A stretch of DNA of 64,000 bases from a virus: the IMG/VR virus record IMGVR_UViG_3300034072_000758, positions 427,030 through 491,029 of that record. One strand, given 5' to 3'. Shown one piece after another: positions 52,441-61,348 of the stretch. Position numbers and translations under genes: made by a program. Each line of letters begins with the position of its first letter. Within the stretch, counting starts at the first letter, position 1. The notes beneath the pieces were generated by a model that searched no databases, was not told the DNA's origin, and saw only the letters and a program-made list of their open reading frames with translations.

Positions 52441-52689
52441 GGGTTCGATCTTAACCGTTATGTTGTCTGCCTATTTCATCCGATGAAACGCAGACATGCG
52501 CGATTAAACCGTACCCCCTTTCGGGCGGCGGAGCCACTTTCTTAACAGTTTAAGGCGCAGAGCGAACATAACGAAAAATTCCTGTGATTTTGGGGCGAAA
52601 CCCCGTGTGGATTTCACCCTATCATTTCTATTTATCATCGGTCAACAAAAAAAGTTATTTTCCGATGAATTTTTTTGAACAAAGAAAAA

Positions 52690-52715
52690 GCGCCGCACGT
52701 TTCCATGCGGCGCTT
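52690..52715 (-). terminator. rho-independent terminator after the HNH gene (GCGCCGCATGGAAACGTGCGGCGC + TTTTT on the minus strand)
   Basis: Seen directly. Confidence 0.6.
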
Positions 52716-52720
52716 CATCA

Positions 52721-53296
52721 TTACTTTACGATCTTGAAACCGTGCTTCTTGTAGTATGGAACGTTCTCGAAATCGATGACCGACACCATAAACTTACCAT
52801 AGCCGTTGCTGACCATGACTTGTTCGACCGTGGCCACGACCTGATCCACGACCGACTTGACCGCCTTCGCCGCTTTGATCTTCGGCTTGATGGTTTCGAC
52901 AGCGGGTTCAACCGACGCTTCATCTTCAATAACGCGCGGCGCGATTTCGGCTGCGACCGTTTCGATGCGAGTGTCGATGACATTGATGGAATCGCCGAAC
53001 TTGGAGACTTCACGATCCAGACGCTTGAGTTCGAGGTTTTCGACCGCGTTGTTATGACCGTTACCATCCTTATGAACGACTTCATCATTCTTCGTCGCGC
53101 CGAGGAAGCAGATGGCTATCAGACGATGGAGGCCGACCTTGGAATGGAGGGCGACGTTCTTGAGACTGATACGGAGCTTATCGCCATCCTTCTGATAGGA
53201 TAGTTCGGTGCCGTCCTTCTTGAAGACGCGACCATCGGAAGTGGCAAGATATTGTTCGTCCGCGAAATAGAAACGGACGCGCTTGACGCTCGACAT
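52721..53296 (-). mobile_element. freestanding HNH homing endonuclease gene adjacent to the tRNA array
   Basis: HNH motif (HKDGNGHNNAVENLE), N-terminal homing-endonuclease-associated domain. 191 aa. Confidence 0.7.
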
Positions 53297-53375
53297 ATAA
53301 ATCTCCTTAATTGATGTTGTTGGGGAGACAATATATCAGGTGTTTCAATTCGTCAACACCCCACGGCCAAAAATA

Positions 53376-53828
53376 TTATGACGGCATAGTCCCGTCCATA
53401 TTTCCATCCGGCCAACCACTATAGATGTCTATAGCATCCAAGTCTTCTAAGGTTTCACAAGCGTCAATTTGTGCTTTTAACGCCCACGAATATGTATAGA
53501 CCTGATTAACATATAACAGTAAATATCCAGAAAATGTGATCAAACCTTGAGCATTCATAGGAACGTTATTATTATTATTATCGCGCCATGTATAGTTCGG
53601 TGGCAAAGGAATACCAGCCGTGACAGCAGCAACCATACCGGTAAGGTTTGTTCTCGCGCGGGCATCGGTAGCCCAAAAATATCCAAGATACCACATACCC
53701 GCAGCAAGCCTAGTCTCTCGGTGAGTATTAATATCATTGTTCAGTTTTAAGATTGTAGCCCCAACTGTTCGGTTATCCTCAACCGAGATCAGAACGCCAT
53801 TATCGTATACTTCTAATTTATTCAACAT
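53376..53828 (-). CDS. hypothetical protein
   Basis: 150-aa ORF. Confidence 0.5.
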   Translation of the reverse strand: MLNKLEVYDNGVLISVEDNRTVGATILKLNNDINTHRETRLAAGMWYLGYFWATDARARTNLTGMVAAVTAGIPLPPNYTWRDNNNNNVPMNAQGLITFSGYLLLYVNQVYTYSWALKAQIDACETLEDLDAIDIYSGWPDGNMDGTMPS

Positions 53829-54583
53829 TATGTATTCCTAATCCAAATATAAGGAAAGATGTTCGAAACATAGGTTGGGTTTGTAAAAGTCGCTGGGAAC
53901 GAAGAGGCCGGTGTGCTTGTAGAAGTCACACCGATGTTTGTATACGAAGAAGTCGAGGTTCTTCCCAAATATGGATTTCCGCTCGATTGCCAACCATAAC
54001 ACATCAGGTTCATTGGTGAACTCAATAGGAGTGTTACCCAAATCCATTTTCCATAGCAATTAGCCGAATTATAAAAAACAATTTCTTTATTGCCACTGGA
54101 ATTAATAGGTATTTGACCGAGATCATACATTAATGCGGATGGTGCGCCATTGACATTACTGTAAATAGCTATTCGAATATTGGGATTTTGCCACTGATGC
54201 GTTACATTAAAACCGATGCGATTAAATGCTCCACCGTCATGAATAAAAAACGGCATGGCATACAACGTCCCATTTACGAAATAGTTATTTGATAATTGGC
54301 TCGCGTCTACTTGAGGGGAGCCATAAAATAAGCCATTAACAAAACCCGGATGCGTCAAAGCATTTGAGTTTGTTCCGCTCGCCGGTCTACCAGCTAAGTT
54401 ACTTTCACCAAGCTGGGTCCATTCTTGATTTTTATATTCTTCAATATAACCCAAATCAGTGTTGAAGCGGATCATACCCTCAGTCGGCGAAGACGGACGC
54501 TGATCGGTTGAACCCTTGGCCAGTCGAAAAAAACCAGTAGATTCTTGCTTAATGTTACCAGATGAAAGTATACCGTGTTTCAT
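53828..54583 (-). CDS. hypothetical structural protein (251 aa)
   Basis: ORF with an ATGA overlap with the downstream gene. Confidence 0.5.
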   Translation of the reverse strand: MKHGILSSGNIKQESTGFFRLAKGSTDQRPSSPTEGMIRFNTDLGYIEEYKNQEWTQLGESNLAGRPASGTNSNALTHPGFVNGLFYGSPQVDASQLSNNYFVNGTLYAMPFFIHDGGAFNRIGFNVTHQWQNPNIRIAIYSNVNGAPSALMYDLGQIPINSSGNKEIVFYNSANCYGKWIWVTLLLSSPMNLMCYGWQSSGNPYLGRTSTSSYTNIGVTSTSTPASSFPATFTNPTYVSNIFPYIWIRNT

Positions 54584-54662
54584 AGACTATATTTATCGAC
54601 CGTGAGTGTTTTAAAAAAACGGTATTATACGTTTCGTAACCAAATGTAAGAGGATTTCGCAA

Positions 54663-55448
54663 TTACCCTACAACTACTACCTGCCAAGTTCCAGAAATGG
54701 TGAAGGAACTCAAATCAACAATAGTGGTTGTAGTATTGGAATACGTGATTTCATCGGGCAAAATCGCACGATTATTATTATCGATAATTTGAACCAACAC
54801 ATACTGTTGATTGAGACCATGAGTTACTGTTAAAAGACCCGCAACCGTAGCCGTAAATGTTGTCTTGTAAACCCCGGCTGCACTCAGGTTAGAGCGGGCT
54901 GTCTGTGCGTTGCTGGCTCCTGTACCACCCAGAGTCACGGATACAGGGGCGGTGAGAGAGATCGTGTTACCGACGATTGTGATACCATTTCCAGCCGCAT
55001 AGTTACCGGAGATTGTAGCACCATTCACGGTGATACCAGTTCCGCCGACCAAGTTAGTAGCAACGGTTGTGCTGTTGATGGTAATACCAGTACCAGCATT
55101 TATGGTCGAATAGACGTTGCCGGTCTTCGAAACGAGACCGTTGCTAGACAAGATGCTGAGGTTTTGGAGGCCGTTCGCAAGACTCAAAGAAACAACACCA
55201 TTTGAGTAAGCGGTGTTTAGACCAGAACCAATCGTTGTTACCACATTTTCTGTCATGGAAACCCAAGTCGAATTTCCAGAAAGAGTTGGGTCTGAGAAAC
55301 CTTCAAATTTACCTAAAGATAGATTATATCGGATCGAACCGGCGTTTGCCGTGGCAGGACGTTGATCCGTATTCCCACTGGCGATTTGTGTAGAAATTAC
55401 ACTGTCATGAATGAGTGCGCCTTTTATAACACTATTACCTGAAAACAT
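54663..55448 (-). CDS. tail fiber-like protein with Gly/Thr/Ile repeats (GTGITINSTTVATNLVGGTGITVNGATISGNYAAGNGITIVGNTISL)
   Basis: Beta-helix-like repeats. 261 aa. Confidence 0.55.
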   Translation of the reverse strand: MFSGNSVIKGALIHDSVISTQIASGNTDQRPATANAGSIRYNLSLGKFEGFSDPTLSGNSTWVSMTENVVTTIGSGLNTAYSNGVVSLSLANGLQNLSILSSNGLVSKTGNVYSTINAGTGITINSTTVATNLVGGTGITVNGATISGNYAAGNGITIVGNTISLTAPVSVTLGGTGASNAQTARSNLSAAGVYKTTFTATVAGLLTVTHGLNQQYVLVQIIDNNNRAILPDEITYSNTTTTIVDLSSFTISGTWQVVVVG

Positions 55449-55501
55449 TGAAAATATACCCCAGCGTGTAGGTTGCTTTAGTATATTTAGTTTGTAGTCA
55501 G

Positions 55502-55963
55502 TTACACTTTAACGCACACTTTAATAATCATACCTTCTGTAGCATAAGTAGATAAGTAAAGCCTGAAAGAGTTATTATCAATAAGTCTTATATTATCGGG
55601 ACTGATAAGGTTATCATCCCAATATAACTGCACTATAACGTATTTTTCTGACAAATTGTGAGAAATTACTACGGATTTTTCCTCGTCTAAATCAGAAATT
55701 CCAATAGTTGTTCTATATGAACTCACCGGTATCATGTCAACGGTGACTAATTGAAGCCAACCACTAGCCGTCTTCTGATACGATGTTCCCGTATCTTCTC
55801 TAAGATAAATGCTGCTATCTGGTACATCAATAAAGGCAGTTGGCAAGCCAGTACCGCGCACGAATGTCGGTCCTCGCTTGCCTATAGCGAACTTATCTTC
55901 TGTTGTTCCACTGAGATTGTGATACACGTTGCTCATAGTTTTATTTATATAAAAACCGAGCAT
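55502..55963 (-). CDS. fiber-associated protein, N-terminal paralog of the gene at 35900..36316 (VYHNLSGTTEDKFAIGKRGPTFVRG)
   Basis: Shared N-terminal motif seen by eye. Confidence 0.5.
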   Translation of the reverse strand: MLGFYINKTMSNVYHNLSGTTEDKFAIGKRGPTFVRGTGLPTAFIDVPDSSIYLREDTGTSYQKTASGWLQLVTVDMIPVSSYRTTIGISDLDEEKSVVISHNLSEKYVIVQLYWDDNLISPDNIRLIDNNSFRLYLSTYATEGMIIKVCVKV

Positions 55964-55970
55964 TATGTTA

Positions 55971-56441
55971 TCAAATTATGGCGTCCTCAATTCCGGCGAC
56001 ACGGAGACGTGTGATGTCACCAATACGAAAACCCATTTGCTCTAATCCTTTAAAGATACCAAAGAACTTGTTTCTGATAAGAGCTATGTGTTCAACCAAT
56101 TGTGCTAGGTCTAACACTGTCTGATCAACCTCAGCATATTGATCAGCCTGACGATCAGTCAAAGAACGATTATAATTTTCCAGATAGAATTTCTTACGAG
56201 CGGTCTTCTCTTTCAATTCTTCTCGTTCATAGAGCTTAAGAATGGCCTCAAGCTCTTGAAGCTGAGCATAGCGATATTCAAATAGACCCGGTATCTCCTT
56301 GAGCACCGTATTAAGGCGCTTTTCGTCAATGATCAGGTCTTTCTTAGCATCTTCGTATTGGGCTTCGAAATAATCCACAGCCTTTCCAAAGTTGTCAAAG
56401 TCCAGAGGACTTCTAGCCAATATTGAATACCACTTGCTCAT
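55971..56441 (-). CDS. hypothetical coiled-coil protein downstream of uvsX (UvsY-like mediator cannot be confirmed)
   Basis: 156-aa ORF. Confidence 0.45.
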   Translation of the reverse strand: MSKWYSILARSPLDFDNFGKAVDYFEAQYEDAKKDLIIDEKRLNTVLKEIPGLFEYRYAQLQELEAILKLYEREELKEKTARKKFYLENYNRSLTDRQADQYAEVDQTVLDLAQLVEHIALIRNKFFGIFKGLEQMGFRIGDITRLRVAGIEDAII

Positions 56442-56684
56442 TTAGTAGTCGTCTCCGTAGGGATCGTCTTCTTCTTCATCTTCATATGGAGAGCCGTAAA
56501 GCTCGTCATATGCCCTCGATAACACACTGTCTTCATCAGCGATCATTTGAATATCTTTGCTTTCAAAGCCATATTCTTCAAATTCTCGAAGGATAGACAT
56601 CGCAACCTCGTGTTGTTGACGGGCTGGTATGAAGGGTTTCACTCTGTCCCAAATATTTAGGATCAGTTCACTTTCGCTATTCAT
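56442..56684 (-). CDS. small acidic protein
   Basis: ORF 56442..56735 trimmed to the Met just after the uvsX stop. Confidence 0.4.
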   Translation of the reverse strand: MNSESELILNIWDRVKPFIPARQQHEVAMSILREFEEYGFESKDIQMIADEDSVLSRAYDELYGSPYEDEEEDDPYGDDY

Positions 56685-57747
56685 CACCACTCTCGTCCGC
56701 CAAGTCTTCGAGTTCGTCACCAAACCCAATATCACCTGATGGTTCGCTAAACGAATCCATCAAAGCATCGTAGTGTGAAGGTTCAATTTGCTTTCTGAAC
56801 ATTTTAAGTTCTTCACCATTGATAGTGAACTTGTAACGAGTGCCGTCCTTTTGGATGACATTCTTTCCCAAGAAGAAATCGAACAGACCGGAATAGGGGT
56901 TCATACCACCGTTGTAAGGGATTTGAACTTCTACTTCCTCGAATGGCTTGGAGAAGCGCGACTTGACACATTTGATCTTAGAGCGAATACCGCGTACTTC
57001 CTTGATCTTCTGACCGTCTTCGTCTTCTTTCAGCTTGAGCTTGTTCATCGTAAGGATAATCGAACTTGCGAAAATGAAGCCTGAACCACCGGAAACCACA
57101 TCATCAGGATTAAATTGATCCTGAGATTTGTAGGTGTGGTTTGTGGCTACCAGACCGATGTTGCGCGATCCGAACAATTTCAAGCACTGTGTAACAAATG
57201 CCTTCAATTGCTTGGCCTTACGGCCCATATCGCCCTTCATGTTACCATCGGCGAACTGATCCAATTCGGTAGGTGTCGAAAGCATACCCAACGAATCGAT
57301 AATGAACATGACCGGCTGACGATCTGCCTTATCGACGTTCGCATATTGAAGATCGTAATCCGCAATATATTCAGTAACAATCTTGGCGCACTCGTCCACA
57401 GTCGATACCGGAATACGAAGCATCTTGTCGATGTCGATGTTGAAGCGTTCAGCCCAACCCTTATCGACGCCATTTTCGGAGTCCAGAAGGATGGCAAGAA
57501 TACCTTGCTTCTGGCAGTCTTCAATCACCTTACCAACGGCGATGAACGACTTACCTGAACCAGATTCACCAGCCAGAACCGTGACTTTCCCAAGAGGAAT
57601 ACCACGTTTGAAATCGCCAGAAATCATCATATTGACAGCGTAGTTTCCAGTGTCAACCCAATGTGTTGGATCAAAGAAACCAGTTTCAATATTCAATGAT
57701 TTACTGATCGATTTCCTAAATTTAGAAAAATCGTAAGGTTTTACCAT
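56677..57747 (-). CDS. uvsX: UvsX/RecA-family recombinase
   Basis: Walker A LAGESGSGKSF, RecA-fold core, acidic C-terminal tail. Gene order is immediately adjacent to the gp32-like SSB. Confidence 0.8.
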   Translation of the reverse strand: MVKPYDFSKFRKSISKSLNIETGFFDPTHWVDTGNYAVNMMISGDFKRGIPLGKVTVLAGESGSGKSFIAVGKVIEDCQKQGILAILLDSENGVDKGWAERFNIDIDKMLRIPVSTVDECAKIVTEYIADYDLQYANVDKADRQPVMFIIDSLGMLSTPTELDQFADGNMKGDMGRKAKQLKAFVTQCLKLFGSRNIGLVATNHTYKSQDQFNPDDVVSGGSGFIFASSIILTMNKLKLKEDEDGQKIKEVRGIRSKIKCVKSRFSKPFEEVEVQIPYNGGMNPYSGLFDFFLGKNVIQKDGTRYKFTINGEELKMFRKQIEPSHYDALMDSFSEPSGDIGFGDELEDLADESGDE

Positions 57748-57803
57748 TGATATAAGAAGGGTGGCACGATGGTTCGCACCACCACTCTCTCCCTGTATTG
57801 AGA

Positions 57804-58847
57804 TTAGTTACCCGCAGCGGCGGTTTTGTTACGGATACGCGCAAGGATGGCTTGTGCGTCACCTGATGGGGCGGCTGTTTGCTTAGGAGCTTCGGCGGCT
57901 GGTGCCACGTCAACAACGACTTCATCTGCTTCCGCATCCGGGGTCGTGGCCGCTACAGCCTTGGTAGCCGGGATCGATGTTCTAGCTACAGGAGCCGCAG
58001 CAGGAGCCGAGGCCGGGGCTTGGCCGTCACGACGCACATACGGCTTGTATGGGCTGTTAGCATACTTGTCAGCATCGAACGGAAGACCAGCAACGGAGTC
58101 GTGGAACAGTTGCATGATGACTTCCAGATCGGCTTCCGAAGGCTTCTTCGGCAGAGCGACTTGTGCGAGATCGAACAGACCATAGGTATCGATAGCGGCC
58201 AACTCTTCTTCGCTCAGGGTACGCTCCTTCGGAGAGAACTTGGACGAAGTGTAGTTGTTGTGCTCACCGTTCTTGGTCACAATGATCTTGAAATCACGGC
58301 CATGAACGTAGTCTACCGGCAGATGGCTGTAATCGATGTCATCAACGTCAGCTTCGATAATCTTGGCCAATTGCGGGCCGAAAACAAAGCGACGAATTGG
58401 GTTTTCTGGGGGGTCTTTTTCGTTGAGGGATGTCGAAACGACAAAGCCCTGAGCAACCAGTGTGCGCTTACGATAATACTTGAGCGCATCTTGCTTGCGG
58501 TCAGTCCACCACGGACGGATCGCCTCGGTAATCGGGCAAACTTCCTTCGGGCCATACATCTTCATACATGGAACGGTGATAGTTACCTTCTTGTTGGTTG
58601 GATATTGACCGCCGACAATACCATCAAATTCGAGGGTGATTGTTTCGCGGTAAACCCAGAAGCGTGGGCTGTCTGGATCGCCATCAGGCAGGAGGCGGAT
58701 TACTGTTTGCTCGCCCGACTTCATGTCCCAGAATTGGAAAGAGGCGTTGTCGCCCGAAGAAGTGGTGGTGCGGCTGTTGTTGCCTTCGTTCTTGGACTTA
58801 GCCATCAACGCTTGCAAACGTGCTTTTTTGTCATCAATCTGTGTCAT
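57804..58847 (-). CDS. T4 gp32-like single-stranded DNA-binding protein
   Basis: N-terminus aligns to T4 gp32 (KARLQALMAK / TVIRLLPD vs AELAAQMAKL / AVIRFLPS). Acidic Ala/Pro-rich C-terminal tail. The start at 58847 was chosen by that alignment; 58913 is the alternative. Confidence 0.7.
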   Translation of the reverse strand: MTQIDDKKARLQALMAKSKNEGNNSRTTTSSGDNASFQFWDMKSGEQTVIRLLPDGDPDSPRFWVYRETITLEFDGIVGGQYPTNKKVTITVPCMKMYGPKEVCPITEAIRPWWTDRKQDALKYYRKRTLVAQGFVVSTSLNEKDPPENPIRRFVFGPQLAKIIEADVDDIDYSHLPVDYVHGRDFKIIVTKNGEHNNYTSSKFSPKERTLSEEELAAIDTYGLFDLAQVALPKKPSEADLEVIMQLFHDSVAGLPFDADKYANSPYKPYVRRDGQAPASAPAAAPVARTSIPATKAVAATTPDAEADEVVVDVAPAAEAPKQTAAPSGDAQAILARIRNKTAAAGN

Positions 58848-59135
58848 TTTATTTTGCCTTTTTACTTTGCTTGTTAGGTTTTGCTTGGTATGAGGTTCTT
58901 TCTGAACCCGCATAGTATTTATGCTAATTCTTCGTTAACCTCATGAATTAACCATACCATAATGTACTTTTTCTTTTCAATTTAAATCGGTATTTAATGT
59001 AAATAAAAACCATGTTATTTACTTTACACAAGGTAATAAAAAAGCGACCCGAAGGCCGCTTTTATTAATCAATCTCTGAGACGTTTCAACGGTCCACCAG
59101 AGCCATCGCGCTTCAATACTACCAAGCTACTATAC

Positions 59136-60965
59136 TCATACACCATCAGCCAGCATTTCAGCCATGTTCTTCGGCGTCACATCCTTGTATGAAGGGGCGC
59201 GATAGTACATCGACACCATACCATTCGGAAGCTCTGTTACAGGGACGACATTAATCTTTTTAATGGTGGGATACTTCTCAAAGAATGCCTTAGCGGCCTC
59301 CATAGCGGTCTTGTGAACCGATCCGGTTACTCCACCCTTAGCCGATCCCATATAACCCGAATAGGACAGTTCAACCGCTTCCTCAAGCTCACCGTCTTCT
59401 TCATCGTATTCTGGTTCTTCTTCATCGTATTCTGGTTCTTCATCTTCGCTCTTAAGCTCGAAGACGGTCTGATCATTTTCATCACGAACATCGGCATAGA
59501 AATCACCACGCTCGTCAAGATTGATATAATAACCATAGATCGGCCCATCCCACTCAGCACGGGCTTCATCATCACTCATCAAATTTTCGAAGTCACGGCT
59601 ATCAAACAAATGACCGTTTGCTGGGATCAATTCAACGGTTCTCAAGTAATTTTCAAGACCATCGGTATCATGTTTGTGCTTCATGTATCCAGCGTCGATT
59701 ACCGAGATCGTTTCATTCAAACCTTCGGTGTCATCCTTAATCATTACTTCGTTCTTAAAGTCATCAATCTGGCTGTGCGGAAGCAGAACATCTTCACGGC
59801 GGAGGCCATCGGCTTCCATGAGGCGGGCAGTCGAGAAACTATTAGTCCATTCCAAGAACTCACGAATAGCCGAGCTAGAGGTCATGAAACCTTCGGAAAT
59901 TTTCAGGCCCGATGCCTTGATGATCTTGACCATAAGCGAGCGAACAGCAGTCTTCTTGTCAGCAGGAAGTTCGGCATAGCGGTCAGAAATGTAAGAGCAC
60001 AGATTGCTTAAGCTCAGGTTTTCAATGTATGGAACGACCAGATCGAAATAGTAAATCACATTTGGATTTATTGGTTTGTCGCTAGGAACAGTTGGTGTTC
60101 CAGTGAAAGCCACTTCTCCGGTCTTAACCAGCTTTTCCCAAGCCAGTTTAGATACCTTTTTACCCAAAACGTTCGTGGTTTCGATACCAGTTCCACCGCA
60201 GCTATCGCATGGTTCTTCATTACCACCAGTACCCTTACAAGTCGGGCAAGCTTCGTCATCCACACCCATAGCCACTCTGGCTTCGGTCAGACGTTCAAAA
60301 TGACCAGCCGATTTGTATTCAGCATAGCTTTCACATATTTTTGCTGATTTAAGTTCAGAATAGTGAGACGCCATGCGCAGGATTTGTTGTCCAACCGCGT
60401 CAGCAAACGATCCACCACCATTCACGTGGTTGGTCATATCGATTGCGGCTTCGAGATCATTGACCGGAAATTGGAAGCGATTGCTACTCGCGTCTTCAAT
60501 TTGAATAGAATTATATCCTTCATTCACCGACTTCTTGGCTATCATCTTAGCATTGTCGAGGGTCAAGTAAGAAGTTTTAGATGTATGATAAAGCATAATA
60601 GTCTCCGACTCTGTAACTGAACTATATGTAGAAAATTCTTTTGGCGTGATTTTTTTATTGGAGGCGCGGGCCGCAAATGTAACATTAAATTTAGAGGCCA
60701 AAGAACGAAATGCCGAGAACAAGTCTTCAATACTATTAATATCAATAATGCTGTTATCATAATACATACGAATACAGCTATCATTCCCTTCATCTACGAC
60801 CGAGACTAGCAGATGATTTGGTTTAGTAATGAAGCGACGGCAATCTTGTGGCTCGTATACAGTATTTCCGTCATTATCAAACATTCGGCATTCGTACCCG
60901 TATTGACGAAGTACGTTAAAAACCTCCGTAGATAAAGCAGCAAAAGAGATCACAATATTCTCCAA
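59136..60965 (-). CDS. hypothetical protein with DnaJ-type CxxCxGxG zinc-finger pair (CPTCKGTGG...CDSCGGTG) and a tandem EPEYDEE acidic repeat
   Basis: 609-aa ORF. The 21-bp perfect tandem DNA repeat at about 59385-59430 encodes the acidic repeat. Confidence 0.55.
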   Translation of the reverse strand: MENIVISFAALSTEVFNVLRQYGYECRMFDNDGNTVYEPQDCRRFITKPNHLLVSVVDEGNDSCIRMYYDNSIIDINSIEDLFSAFRSLASKFNVTFAARASNKKITPKEFSTYSSVTESETIMLYHTSKTSYLTLDNAKMIAKKSVNEGYNSIQIEDASSNRFQFPVNDLEAAIDMTNHVNGGGSFADAVGQQILRMASHYSELKSAKICESYAEYKSAGHFERLTEARVAMGVDDEACPTCKGTGGNEEPCDSCGGTGIETTNVLGKKVSKLAWEKLVKTGEVAFTGTPTVPSDKPINPNVIYYFDLVVPYIENLSLSNLCSYISDRYAELPADKKTAVRSLMVKIIKASGLKISEGFMTSSSAIREFLEWTNSFSTARLMEADGLRREDVLLPHSQIDDFKNEVMIKDDTEGLNETISVIDAGYMKHKHDTDGLENYLRTVELIPANGHLFDSRDFENLMSDDEARAEWDGPIYGYYINLDERGDFYADVRDENDQTVFELKSEDEEPEYDEEEPEYDEEDGELEEAVELSYSGYMGSAKGGVTGSVHKTAMEAAKAFFEKYPTIKKINVVPVTELPNGMVSMYYRAPSYKDVTPKNMAEMLADGV

Positions 60966-60984
60966 AAAATCGATACATATATTT

Positions 60985-61028
60985 ATTCAAAAAGAAAAAG
61001 GGACGAATTTTACTTCGCCCCTTTCGGA
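60985..61028 (-). terminator. rho-independent terminator (minus strand)
   Basis: GGGGCGAAG...TTCGTCCC hairpin followed by TTTTTCTTTTT on the minus strand. Confidence 0.5.
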
Positions 61029-61029
61029 A

Positions 61030-61347
61030 TTAAACTTGATCGAGATCGAGTATTTGGTACGATTCGATACCATTTATATTCAACCACTTGTCCAAAACAT
61101 ACATAGCGTTAGTATCGCAGCCCTCCGAATCCGGCACAAGGGTGTAAGCTCTCCCGGTATAAGTCGTACCTGTTAACTTGTCCTTATCAAAGGTTTCAAT
61201 AGAAGAAGACACTCTCGCAACGCCTTCATAAACGTTGTGACCGACAAAGTGCTTACTAGAGACCCCATCACTGGTTGCTTCAATAAGCAACCAGCGCTCA
61301 AGAAGAACAGATGGGGATTTTTCTATAGACTCTGGATGCCAGATCAT
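61030..61347 (-). CDS. hypothetical protein downstream of the RNR gene
   Basis: ORF 61030..61407 trimmed to the Met 1 nt after the nrdA stop. Confidence 0.45.
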   Translation of the reverse strand: MIWHPESIEKSPSVLLERWLLIEATSDGVSSKHFVGHNVYEGVARVSSSIETFDKDKLTGTTYTGRAYTLVPDSEGCDTNAMYVLDKWLNINGIESYQILDLDQV

Positions 61348-61348
61348 C

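Noticed and set aside
50327-52454. ORF-track frames across the minus-strand tRNA array (50187..50465, 50327..50617, 51177..51368, 51516..51812, 51856..52239, 51935..52123 and 52044..52454)
   Set aside because: They read through tightly packed tRNA genes, for example translating GGTTCGAATCC repeats. They are artefacts of the six-frame scan.
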